DNA of 64,000 bases from Dehalococcoidia bacterium (GTDB lineage: Bacteria > Chloroflexota > Dehalococcoidia > GIF9 > AB-539-J10), in contig JAUVZB010000004.1 in NCBI GenBank assembly GCA_030602785.1, positions 33,344 to 97,343 of the forward strand. Direction: 5' to 3'. Position numbers and translations under genes: made by a program. The notes beneath the pieces are model-generated. The model was not told the DNA's origin. It worked only from the letters and a program-made list of their open reading frames with translations, and did not search any database. Each line of letters starts with the position of its first letter. The first letter of the stretch is position 1. Positions 32,193 through 40,832 of the stretch are shown piece by piece.

Positions 32193-33176
32193 CTATGCAT
32201 GGAATTCGACGACATCGCCCTCCTGCAATACGTGGTTCTTACTCACGGTTTGGGCCTGGTACTTCCCGGAACCCCAGACAACTGCATGCTTCAGCCCGCG
32301 CCTGATGTCCTTGTGAATGGCAGTTGCAGCCTCGCCCACGTTGCTGTCCTTCTGGAGTATGACGGGTTCTGTCATTTCCGCCCTCTGGCCGGGGGCCTTC
32401 GTGTATACGCGGATGATGTTGAGCGCGTCGTAGAGCCTTTCAGGGAGCACATCCAGTCCTTCGCCCTCGGTGCCGGACACGGCCACAACGGGGCAGACAG
32501 AGCGGCACCTGCTGTGGAGCGCCTGTAGATGCCCGTGGGCGCCGGGGAGGTCGCTCTTGTTCCCAATCACCATCATCTTCTTCGCATACACAGGGGTTGC
32601 GAGTGCACCCTGCGATTCCGTGCCGACGGGCACGACTCGACACTCCTCCAACTGGCCCAGCGTCCAGTTGAACTGAGACACAGGATCGGTGCTGAGGTCC
32701 ACGAGGATGGCGATGAGATCGGTAGTGTGAAGAACCGCCGAAAGTAGCACTCTTACACTGCGATGGCCGAGGGGGGGCGTGTCGACCAGCTGTATCTGGA
32801 TGTCTTTGTATTTCATCATGCCGGGGAGGAGTGTGCGGGTAGTGTAGGGATACATTGCCACCTCCGGCGCGGCACTCGTGAGCATGGCAAGTAGCTGCGA
32901 TTTCCCCGAGTTTGCGGGCCCGACAAGCACCACCTGTCCGGCTCCTTCCCGTCGTATGTAGAAGCCGGCTCGCCGTGCTCCTGCCTGCTTTCGCTCCGAC
33001 TCCTGCCCCAGCCGTGCTATCTTCCCCCGCAGACCTGCGTACAGGTGGTCGGTGCCCTTGTGGCGGGGCATGACAGCCAGCATCTCCTGCAACGCGGCGA
33101 TCTTCTCGTCGACCTCTTTGGCCTCGCGGTATCGCTTTTCTGCAGCGTGGTACTGGGGAGTCAGGTTTGCCGGCAC
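32193..33176 (-). CDS. DRG/Rbg-type Obg-family GTPase with C-terminal TGS domain
   Basis: N-terminal helical region as in DRG, G1 GPANSGKS, G3 DTPP, C-terminal TGS (IRVYTKAPGQ…VVWGSGKYQAQTVSKNHVLQEGDVVEF). Confidence 0.8.
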   Translation of the reverse strand: MPANLTPQYHAAEKRYREAKEVDEKIAALQEMLAVMPRHKGTDHLYAGLRGKIARLGQESERKQAGARRAGFYIRREGAGQVVLVGPANSGKSQLLAMLTSAAPEVAMYPYTTRTLLPGMMKYKDIQIQLVDTPPLGHRSVRVLLSAVLHTTDLIAILVDLSTDPVSQFNWTLGQLEECRVVPVGTESQGALATPVYAKKMMVIGNKSDLPGAHGHLQALHSRCRSVCPVVAVSGTEGEGLDVLPERLYDALNIIRVYTKAPGQRAEMTEPVILQKDSNVGEAATAIHKDIRRGLKHAVVWGSGKYQAQTVSKNHVLQEGDVVEFHA

Positions 33177-33179
33177 GGT

Positions 33180-33944
33180 TTAATTGACCTTGATGCGGAT
33201 CAGGATGTCTCCACGGCAACCATCGGTTACCGTGCAGGCATCGCGCAACCTCACTGTGCTTCCCGTCTTCACGCCGGGAGGAACCTTGACTTCAAGCCTC
33301 CGGCCGTTCCTGGTGAGACCTTTCTGTGTGCCTTTCTCCGCCTCTTCCGCAGTAACGTTCAGCTCGTATCTTATAGTCCTGGGTGGTTGTGTTCCACCGA
33401 ACAAATCCTCAAGGTTGACGCCCCGGCGGCCTCCCCGCCGGGCGCCCCCGCCGCCGGTCTGTCCGAGATTGCCGAATGAGACCTTGTAGCCCTTGCCTCG
33501 AAGAGCCTCGCCAAAGATGTTGTCCAGAAAATCGAATCCCAAACCGAGACCGCTGAAGTCCCTGATGACGCCTTCAAAGCCGGCTCGCGTGTTGTTGCTG
33601 CCGAAGATGTCCCCGACGTTTCCGACGGTTCCGAACCGGTCGTACTGCTGCCGTTTCTCCGCATCCCCGAGAATGCCGTACGCTTCGTTGATTTCCTTGA
33701 AGTGCTCGGTCGCCTCTTTCTCTTTGCCTGGATTGCGATCGGGATGGTATTTCATCGCGAGCCGCCGATAAGCCTTCTTGATGTCGGCATCACTCGCGGA
33801 ACGCTTCACCCCCAGTACTTCGTAGTAGTTCTTCGTCACGCCGGATATTGTAGCATCGTGTCGGAGTCTGACCGAAGAGGTGGTTGTCGGAACCCGGGAG
33901 GCGTACCCCTTGTCTGTGCGTGACTGGTATAATCTGCACTCCAT
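33180..33944 (-). CDS. J-domain protein (DnaJ-like; HPD motif, G/F-rich region, no CxxCxGxG zinc finger)
   Basis: YYEVLGV…[18 protein letters not shown]…; the start may instead be the GTG at 33839; 4-bp spacing to the downstream GTPase gene. Confidence 0.75.
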   Translation of the reverse strand: MECRLYQSRTDKGYASRVPTTTSSVRLRHDATISGVTKNYYEVLGVKRSASDADIKKAYRRLAMKYHPDRNPGKEKEATEHFKEINEAYGILGDAEKRQQYDRFGTVGNVGDIFGSNNTRAGFEGVIRDFSGLGLGFDFLDNIFGEALRGKGYKVSFGNLGQTGGGGARRGGRRGVNLEDLFGGTQPPRTIRYELNVTAEEAEKGTQKGLTRNGRRLEVKVPPGVKTGSTVRLRDACTVTDGCRGDILIRIKVN

Positions 33945-34000
33945 GCCATCGTCAGGGCTTTGCCAACACGGCTCTCTGCGAGGCCGGTTGCAGCTTTGTC

Positions 34001-35059
34001 ATGCGACGTACTGCGTGTCGCTCGGCAGGCGCCCCGAAAGGAGACAGGTTGCCTGAGTTCTCACCTGGGGAAGGGTTGCTCCTGCTCAGCAAAGGGATTC
34101 GTAACTATGTGGGCGGCAAGCCGCTCATCGTGTCCTATGAAGTCACGCTCTCCTGCAATTGCAATTGCAGGCACTGCGACCTGGGCGGACTGCGGCAGGC
34201 GGAGCAGCGCATGGCGCCCGCAGACTACGCGGCCTACACCCGCGCTTTCGCGTCCCCTCTCGTGCAACTCTCCGGTGGTGAGCCTTTGCTGCGGCCGGAC
34301 TTGGTCGACATCGTGCGAGCGGTCAAGAACGCTCACAAGCCCACTTACGTGATAGTCGTTACGAATGGTGCGCTGCTCGACAGGGACATTTATCTGCGTC
34401 TCAAGGAGGCGGGGATGAACCAGTTGTCGGTCTCGCTGGACTTCCCTGATGAGCGCCACGACGCCTTCAGACGGCGCCGGGGCCTCTTCGCGCACCTGGA
34501 ACGCACGCTTCCGGAGCTGGCCGACATTGGTCATGGCGACATAATCATCAACACGGCCATCACGAAGGTCAACATGAGGGAGTTGCGTGCAATCTCGGAC
34601 CTCTCAGAGCGCTGGGGGGTAACGGTGTCGTATAGCGCCTATACTCAACTCCGTACCGGTGACGCTGAGTACATGATTTCGTCACCCGAAGACCTCCTGG
34701 AACTGCGGGGGACGATTGACGAGCTCATCCACCTCGTCCGCAGCAAGAAGCACATCGCGAATCCCGAGACAGTTCTGCGAGACACGTTCGCGTATTTCGA
34801 GAATGGCTCAATGCCGCGATGCAGCGCAGGGAAACGGTTCTTCGTGGTGATGCCTGACGGCGCTCTTATCCCGTGTTCCCTGCATCGACAGCGCTACTTG
34901 TCGCAGAGCGAGATGGTGCATGACTTCAGTTCCAGCAACGCCTGCGGCGCGTGCTACGTCGCGATACGCTCCTACACAGACAAGCCCCTGTGGAAGCTCC
35001 TGTTCAAAGATGTCCCATCACTCGCCAGGCGCCTCTTCGACCGCTACGTTTCCCTCTAG
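34001..35059 (+). CDS. radical SAM enzyme with C-terminal Cys-rich (SPASM/twitch-like) region
   Basis: CNCNCRHC (Cx3Cx2C) cluster, glycine-rich SAM motif LSGGEPLL; C-terminal CSAGK…PCSL…CGACY cysteines; start trimmed to the Met at 34001 to avoid overlap with the divergent J-protein gene. Confidence 0.75.
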   Translation: MRRTACRSAGAPKGDRLPEFSPGEGLLLLSKGIRNYVGGKPLIVSYEVTLSCNCNCRHCDLGGLRQAEQRMAPADYAAYTRAFASPLVQLSGGEPLLRPDLVDIVRAVKNAHKPTYVIVVTNGALLDRDIYLRLKEAGMNQLSVSLDFPDERHDAFRRRRGLFAHLERTLPELADIGHGDIIINTAITKVNMRELRAISDLSERWGVTVSYSAYTQLRTGDAEYMISSPEDLLELRGTIDELIHLVRSKKHIANPETVLRDTFAYFENGSMPRCSAGKRFFVVMPDGALIPCSLHRQRYLSQSEMVHDFSSSNACGACYVAIRSYTDKPLWKLLFKDVPSLARRLFDRYVSL

Positions 35060-35087
35060 ATGGGTGTGATTTGGACCGACAATCCGT

Positions 35088-35675
35088 TCACGACAGCGGC
35101 AGCATGTGGATGAGTGAGTAGCCCAGATACGCCTCGAGCAGGCAACGCAGGAAACGGCCGGCGAACGTTGCGGCCACGAACTTCCCCAGGTGGTACCTCG
35201 TCGAACCCGCAACGATTCCGATAAGGTCGTACACAAGCATGGGTATCAATGCGAACAAGAAGACCGCGAATACGCCGTGCCGCTTCATCCAGCCTTCGGC
35301 GTGGGCATATTGCCGGGAGTATCCGCGCAGCAACACCTTCCTGCCCAGAATACCCGCGGCATAGGCGGTCATCTCGCCGATAGTCGCGCCTGCGGTGGCT
35401 ACCAGGGCAACCGTCATAGGAGTCAGCGTGGCGCCGGCGGCGATGTTCACCGCTTCGCCCGGGATCGGGAACAGAATACTGGCACACGTGATGAGATTGA
35501 CGGTGAATACGCCAACATACCCGCGTGCAAGGAAGCTCTCCGGGTCCAGATGGGAACGAGCCAGCCAGAAACCCAGGAAAGAAAGTCCCAGTATCACCGC
35601 GAATATCGCTACCTGGACGACCTTGCGCGACAGGAACTCATCTCTGACTCGATAGAGAAGCGACTGGAGTGACAC
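35088..35675 (-). CDS. DedA/TVP38 (SNARE-associated) family membrane protein
   Basis: 195 aa, multi-TM, G-rich re-entrant motif typical of DedA (…FPIPGEAVNIAAGA…). Confidence 0.65.
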   Translation of the reverse strand: MSLQSLLYRVRDEFLSRKVVQVAIFAVILGLSFLGFWLARSHLDPESFLARGYVGVFTVNLITCASILFPIPGEAVNIAAGATLTPMTVALVATAGATIGEMTAYAAGILGRKVLLRGYSRQYAHAEGWMKRHGVFAVFLFALIPMLVYDLIGIVAGSTRYHLGKFVAATFAGRFLRCLLEAYLGYSLIHMLPLS

Positions 35676-35757
35676 GGGCGGTCAGTATATCATCACACAC
35701 GTCAACTCCACGCCCGGGGCTGCGAGTCCGTGGCGCGGCAATGAAGGAGGCACGAAT

Positions 35758-36408
35758 ATGGGTTTCACAGTCACAGTTGTCTACGATAACGAGACTCTCG
35801 ACGAGTCCCTCGCGACGGACTGGGGCTTTGCGGCAGTGGTGAAGGACTCCCGTGACACGATGCTCTTGTTCGACACGGGGGCTGACGGAGACATCCTCGA
35901 GCGGAACATGCGCCTGTTGCAGATGGACCCGCAGGATATCTCGATTGTTGTGCTATCACACTGGCACTGGGACCATTCCGGTGGACTCTCGAGGATTCTT
36001 GAGAAGGCCCCCCGGGCGACGCTCTTCGTCCCGCCCGGGCAGCATCCTGGCCTTTCCTCTGAGCGCACAACGGTCGTGGGCGGAGCGCCGCTTCAGATTG
36101 CCCCTGGTCTGTATTCCACAGGGACGCTGAGCGGCATCGAGCAGGCGCTGGTGCTCACCGGCGAGAAGGGGGCGTTCACCATCACGGGCTGCGCCCATCC
36201 CGGCGTCCCGGCAATCCTGGCCGCTGCGTCGACGCTGGGGCGCCCCTACGGGCTGCTCGGTGGACTGCACGGATTCGCGCACCTGGACATGCTGGACAGC
36301 CTCGACCACGTGTACCCATGCCATTGCACCCAGAGGAGACTGGAGATACTGCGCAGGTTCCCGGGCAAGGCAATGCCGTGTGGGGCAGGCCTCACGATCC
36401 AGCTCTGA
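35758..36408 (+). CDS. metallo-beta-lactamase fold protein
   Basis: SHWHWDHSGG motif; 216 aa. Confidence 0.7.
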   Translation: MGFTVTVVYDNETLDESLATDWGFAAVVKDSRDTMLLFDTGADGDILERNMRLLQMDPQDISIVVLSHWHWDHSGGLSRILEKAPRATLFVPPGQHPGLSSERTTVVGGAPLQIAPGLYSTGTLSGIEQALVLTGEKGAFTITGCAHPGVPAILAAASTLGRPYGLLGGLHGFAHLDMLDSLDHVYPCHCTQRRLEILRRFPGKAMPCGAGLTIQL

Positions 36409-36522
36409 GGAGTGGCGCTCTCCGGAACGGCCACAGTCCGCCATGTCCGGCGACAACGTATACTCGCGATGACCTCCGGTGGCGGGTTGTCATGAGGAGC
36501 GTGTGAAAGGACTTGCCTTTCT

Positions 36523-37182
36523 CTAGCGGGGGCCAAACAGCCCCGAGCCAATCCGTACCATGTTGGCGCCTTCCTCGATGGCCACGCGGTACGTGTCACT
36601 CGTCCCCATCGACAGATGCCGCATCGCTACCCGTGGGATGGAGAGGGTCTCGATATGGCTGAACAGCTGTCTTGTGTTCGCGAAACAGGGCCTGTACAGG
36701 CTCGGAGAGGGGCCAAGTGGTCCCATAGTCATGAGTCCGAGCACCTGCACGTTGTCGAGCGAGGCAATCTGCCGCACCAGGTCCTCCGCCGCCTCGGGCA
36801 GCACGCCGGCCTTCTGTGGCTCACGCCCACTGTTGACCTCGACAAGCACGGGCATGCGGCGTCCCACAGCACCGCATTTCTCGTCTATCCGCTGCGCGAG
36901 TGACATGGAAGATACGCTCTGTATGAGGTCGAACAGGTCAAGCGTCGCCAACCGGACGTCGTGCTCACGAAGGCGGCCGATGAAATGCCACTGTGCCCGC
37001 TGTCCAACAAGGCTTTGCGCCACCCGCGTGTCCCGGATGTAGTTCTCTCCTATGACGCGTATGCCCGCGTCCACCGCTTGCAGCACGTCCTCGGCCGCAC
37101 GCGCTTTCGCCGCCGCCACGACCTCCACGTAATCGGGCACTTCACTGAGAACCCGTCTTACATTCTCGGCTACTACTGCCAT
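36523..37182 (-). CDS. yggS: YggS-family pyridoxal-phosphate homeostasis protein
   Basis: Alanine-racemase N-terminal-type barrel, about 219 aa from the internal Met (MAVVAENVRRV…); ORF 36523-37344 trimmed. Confidence 0.8.
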   Translation of the reverse strand: MAVVAENVRRVLSEVPDYVEVVAAAKARAAEDVLQAVDAGIRVIGENYIRDTRVAQSLVGQRAQWHFIGRLREHDVRLATLDLFDLIQSVSSMSLAQRIDEKCGAVGRRMPVLVEVNSGREPQKAGVLPEAAEDLVRQIASLDNVQVLGLMTMGPLGPSPSLYRPCFANTRQLFSHIETLSIPRVAMRHLSMGTSDTYRVAIEEGANMVRIGSGLFGPR

Positions 37183-37328
37183 TGTTGTCTCACCGGGCCC
37201 GACAACAGCAACTGCTGCCGCCGGGGAACAGGAAGAACTTATGATAACAGGAACGCCGTTGGCCGTCTGTCTGCTGGTATAATGCCACCACCCTGCTGCT
37301 CTTCGGGCGTGCGAAGGGCACTGAGGGC

Positions 37329-38018
37329 ATGGTATTGGGCGCACCGACAGTACTCATAATCATCCCTGCGCTGAACGAGGTCGCCACTATCGGGACTGTC
37401 TTGGACGAGATTCCGCTTGACGAACTCGGGAGGGCAGGCTACGAGCCACGCATTCTCGTCGTGGACAACGGCAGCTCGGATGGCACAAGGGGCGTCGCAC
37501 TGGAGAAGGGCGCCGAGGTTCTTGACGAACCCCGTCGCGGCAAAGGAACGGCGATGCGAAGGGCGTTTCGGGAAGCATCCGCAGACTACGTATTCATGCT
37601 GGACGCGGACGCGACCTACCCTCCGTCCCACATACCCGATATGTTGCGAGTGCTGGAAAACGGCCATGACGTAGTCATTGGCTCAAGACTGGCGGGCACT
37701 CGCGCACCCGGCTCCATCAGCAGGTTGAATGTCATTGGAAATCGTCTCCTGACCTGGACGGCCTGCGCTCTCTACGGGGTCAAGACCAGCGACCTGTGCA
37801 CGGGCTACTGGGGCTTCCGGGGAAAGGCGCTTTCGCAGTTGCAGCTCTCGGCGCAGGGCTTCAACCTGGAGGCAGAGCTCTTCGCTGAGGTCGCCCGAAA
37901 CCGTCTCCGGCTGGGAGAGGTGCCAATCCACTACCGACGACGCCCGACTCCCACGAAGCTGCGCTCGCTGAGAGATGGCGCCAGGATTGCCCGCACTCTT
38001 TTTGGCAAGAGGTTCTGA
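37329..38018 (+). CDS. GT2 glycosyltransferase, polyprenol-phosphate sugar (Dpm1/GtrB-like) synthase type
   Basis: IIIPALNE…VVDNGSSDGT…DADATYPP motifs, 229 aa. Confidence 0.75.
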   Translation: MVLGAPTVLIIIPALNEVATIGTVLDEIPLDELGRAGYEPRILVVDNGSSDGTRGVALEKGAEVLDEPRRGKGTAMRRAFREASADYVFMLDADATYPPSHIPDMLRVLENGHDVVIGSRLAGTRAPGSISRLNVIGNRLLTWTACALYGVKTSDLCTGYWGFRGKALSQLQLSAQGFNLEAELFAEVARNRLRLGEVPIHYRRRPTPTKLRSLRDGARIARTLFGKRF

Positions 38019-38021
38019 ACT

Positions 38022-39080
38022 ATGGAGCCCCGCTCCCGGTCCGGAGTCACATCGCCAGACAGCACTCGTCCGAATGGCGCATCCCCTTCTCTCCTCCCCA
38101 CGATATCAGTGGTGGTCCCCTGCTACAGCGTGGAGAGACTTCCGGACATCCTCGCGCTGCTCGACAGCGTTGAACGGCAGACGCATCAAGTGGACGAATT
38201 CATCGTTGTGGTCCAGAAGTCGCAGCAGCTCCGGTCCCAACTGGAGGAGCGCCTTGCTGGCAGAGCCACCTCGGGTTGGCGGCTCATCTTCCTCGAACTG
38301 GAGCCCCAGGTTTCGCGAGCGCGGAATGCAGGGATAGAGGAGGCCCGCAGTGAGATTATCGCGTTCGTGGATGACGACGCTGTTCTGTACGACGATTGGG
38401 CCGAAAAGACGTGCGAGACCTATGCTCTCCGCCAGGACACCATCGGATTGGCGGGCGCCATAGTCCCGCTCTGGGACAACCCCGCAATGGCGTGGTTCCC
38501 TCGGGAGCTCTACTGGATGCTGTCATGCACCTACTGGACCTCACCAACGCCGGTGCGCGTTCGCAACGGCTACGGGGCCAACATGTCCTTCCGCCGTGAA
38601 GCGTTCAGTGGCGGACGCCGCTTCAACGAAGCTACCGGTATCTCCGGGTGGGGTCAGAGTGGCTGGCAAGGAATGGGGGGCGAAGAGCCGGAATTGTGTC
38701 GGCGAATCACCAGCGACACGGGACGTCCAATCGTCTATGTTCCCGACATACGTGCGTGGCACAGGGTTAAGCCATACCGCCTCGCAACACGTACGATTGT
38801 CCGCCGCGCCTATTGGGAGGGCCGGTTCAAGGCGTGGTTCGCAGGTCAGCAGGTCGAGGGAGAGGACCTGCTGCTCACCGAACGTTCCCTGTTGAGATAC
38901 ATGGCGAATGCCCAGAGGAACCGCCTGAGACTCGCATGGAGACATCCTCTGCTTGCGGCTCGCCAGCAGGGGGCCGTGAAACTCGCGCTTGTCTGCGTTG
39001 GCGCGGGCTACCTCCAGGGTAGATTCAGGATGCTCTGCTGCCGGGGCCGGACGGCAAACCGAGGAGAGAAAGCGACATGA
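38022..39080 (+). CDS. GT2-family glycosyltransferase
   Basis: ISVVVPCYS…, VDDDAV (DxD-like) motifs; 352 aa. Confidence 0.75.
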   Translation: MEPRSRSGVTSPDSTRPNGASPSLLPTISVVVPCYSVERLPDILALLDSVERQTHQVDEFIVVVQKSQQLRSQLEERLAGRATSGWRLIFLELEPQVSRARNAGIEEARSEIIAFVDDDAVLYDDWAEKTCETYALRQDTIGLAGAIVPLWDNPAMAWFPRELYWMLSCTYWTSPTPVRVRNGYGANMSFRREAFSGGRRFNEATGISGWGQSGWQGMGGEEPELCRRITSDTGRPIVYVPDIRAWHRVKPYRLATRTIVRRAYWEGRFKAWFAGQQVEGEDLLLTERSLLRYMANAQRNRLRLAWRHPLLAARQQGAVKLALVCVGAGYLQGRFRMLCCRGRTANRGEKAT

Positions 39081-39256
39081 TGACAAGAGTCGGCATTGTG
39101 GGGTCGGGATACATAGCACGGGGGCTCGTCCTCGCTCTGCATGGCCAGGCCGACCTTGGGGTGTCCCGTGTACTGACTCGAACGAACCCGTCGCAGCGAA
39201 ACGACTTCCCGCGACCGGAACTGTTGACGACCTCCCGGACGTCGAAATTCGGGTAG
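39077..39256 (+). pseudogene. 59-codon remnant of a Rossmann-fold (Gfo/Idh/MocA- or sugar-dehydrogenase-like) oxidoreductase
   Basis: MMTRVGIVGSGYIARGLVLAL… Rossmann N-terminus, ATGA-coupled to the GT2 gene, then a premature stop; 200 bp of non-coding sequence follows. Confidence 0.35.
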
Positions 39257-39458
39257 GTCTGTCAATCGATAGAAGGACCGGCCTTCTTGAATTGGACCGC
39301 CTGATTGCCACAACGAAGTGCGCGAGGAGCCTGGTTCGTGCGATACAGTCACAACGGTAATCCAGGCCGCCCTACGTCGGCGCACTTGATCTGCAGTGTC
39401 ACCTCCCACGCCGTCCCAGACAAGCCGCTGGCCGAGTTCGAGAACTGCCAATCCGACA

Positions 39459-40763
39459 TCACCCGGAACGCCAGAGCGCGGACCGTGTGACAAGTATCAA
39501 CGCAGCGATGCAGCTATGCGCGGTCAGGTACACCCAGCCGATGGCTTCGAGGCCGGACGTCTGCACGAAATGGTAGCTTGCGGCCATGATAGTGACGGCG
39601 AGGATGCTCCTCCAGACGAGAATCTCGCGAAGTCTTCCCTTGACGCGCAGCACGGAGAAATGGATGCGCTCGACCGTCAAAGGGAAGCCCGCCACAACGA
39701 GAATTCGCAGAAGCTCCAGAGACCGAGCTGAATAACTCGCCCCGAACGCCAGCAGCAGTCTGTCTCCGAACAGCAGCAGCAGGAGTGTTGCGGGAATCAG
39801 GAGCACGAAGCTCAGCCGGAACGCCCGGAGCACGTTGTGATGCAGGAGCCTCCTGTCGTAGGCTCCCTCGGCAAAGAGCGATTGGGCGATTGAACCGGGG
39901 ATGAAAAAGAGCACTGCTGATATCGCCCATGCGATGTAGAAATAGCCGTTCTCTTCGGGCCCCAGCACGTTGATGACTAACAATGGCATCAGGAACTTCG
40001 GTATCGAACCGACCAGGCTGATGACATAGCTCAGGCCGGAGAAGCCCCAGGCCCGCCGGACAAGCCGCGCCCCCAACTGCAGCGCCACCGCATAGCCGGG
40101 CACTACCCGCGGCACGAGCACGAATAGCGAGACGACGAGCGCGGCTATCGTGGCGAGACCCCAGCTCGCAACGATGCCGAACGCGTGGAAATGCGCCAGA
40201 AAGAGCAGCGGAAGAAACAGCTTGAGCACTCCGAATATGACATCCTTGACGAGAAGGAACTTGGCCTTGCGACAGGCCACGAATGCGTTTCCGACAGCCC
40301 CGGACAGGTTGGTGGCCACGGCGAAACACACGAAGGCCGCGAGGAACACCGGCTGCGAGGCCACGAACCCTATGCGCGGAGACCAGACACCAATCGCCAC
40401 GGCACAGACGAGCGACACGATGAGCGTGGCGGTGCCGGAATAGGCGAGGCACGTGTTCAGCAGTCGAACGGGATTCTGGGCACGTGACAGGAATCGCACC
40501 ATAAAGGAGTCCAGACCAATGTGGCCTATGAGCGAAACGAGTCCAATCGCGGAGATGATGGCTGAGCTGTAGCCAACCTCGGCCTCGGTGTAGAACCGTG
40601 CCACTATCACCCAGAAGAGAAAACCCAGAGCGGCTATTGCCGCCTGGGCAAGCATCATGTAGAACGCGTTGGTGTAGAGAGAAGAGGATGCCATGTCCCA
40701 CAGTTGCGACAGGGCCTCCGAACGACCGACGAGCTTGTGCAGGGCGCTTTTCATGCGGGCCAC
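39459..40763 (-). CDS. Wzx-type polysaccharide/oligosaccharide flippase (MOP superfamily)
   Basis: 434 aa, about 12-14 TM helices, polysaccharide-biosynthesis-protein-like. Confidence 0.75.
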   Translation of the reverse strand: MARMKSALHKLVGRSEALSQLWDMASSSLYTNAFYMMLAQAAIAALGFLFWVIVARFYTEAEVGYSSAIISAIGLVSLIGHIGLDSFMVRFLSRAQNPVRLLNTCLAYSGTATLIVSLVCAVAIGVWSPRIGFVASQPVFLAAFVCFAVATNLSGAVGNAFVACRKAKFLLVKDVIFGVLKLFLPLLFLAHFHAFGIVASWGLATIAALVVSLFVLVPRVVPGYAVALQLGARLVRRAWGFSGLSYVISLVGSIPKFLMPLLVINVLGPEENGYFYIAWAISAVLFFIPGSIAQSLFAEGAYDRRLLHHNVLRAFRLSFVLLIPATLLLLLFGDRLLLAFGASYSARSLELLRILVVAGFPLTVERIHFSVLRVKGRLREILVWRSILAVTIMAASYHFVQTSGLEAIGWVYLTAHSCIAALILVTRSALWRSG

Positions 40764-40832
40764 CCGACTCGGTCAGTCATGCTGCGCTCAAATGGGCGCC
40801 GCTCCGTCAACACCGGACGCACGCCACGCCGT

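Noticed and set aside
33884-34000. N-terminal 39 codons of the radical-SAM ORF overlapping the J-protein gene start
   Set aside because: Cys/Arg-rich read-through with no match to the radical-SAM N-terminus; the internal Met at 34001 is preferred.
39514-40701. 395-aa minus-strand ORF in an alternative frame of the flippase gene
   Set aside because: Arg/Gly/Ala-rich out-of-frame translation; the 434-aa frame (39459-40763) gives a coherent multi-TM transporter.
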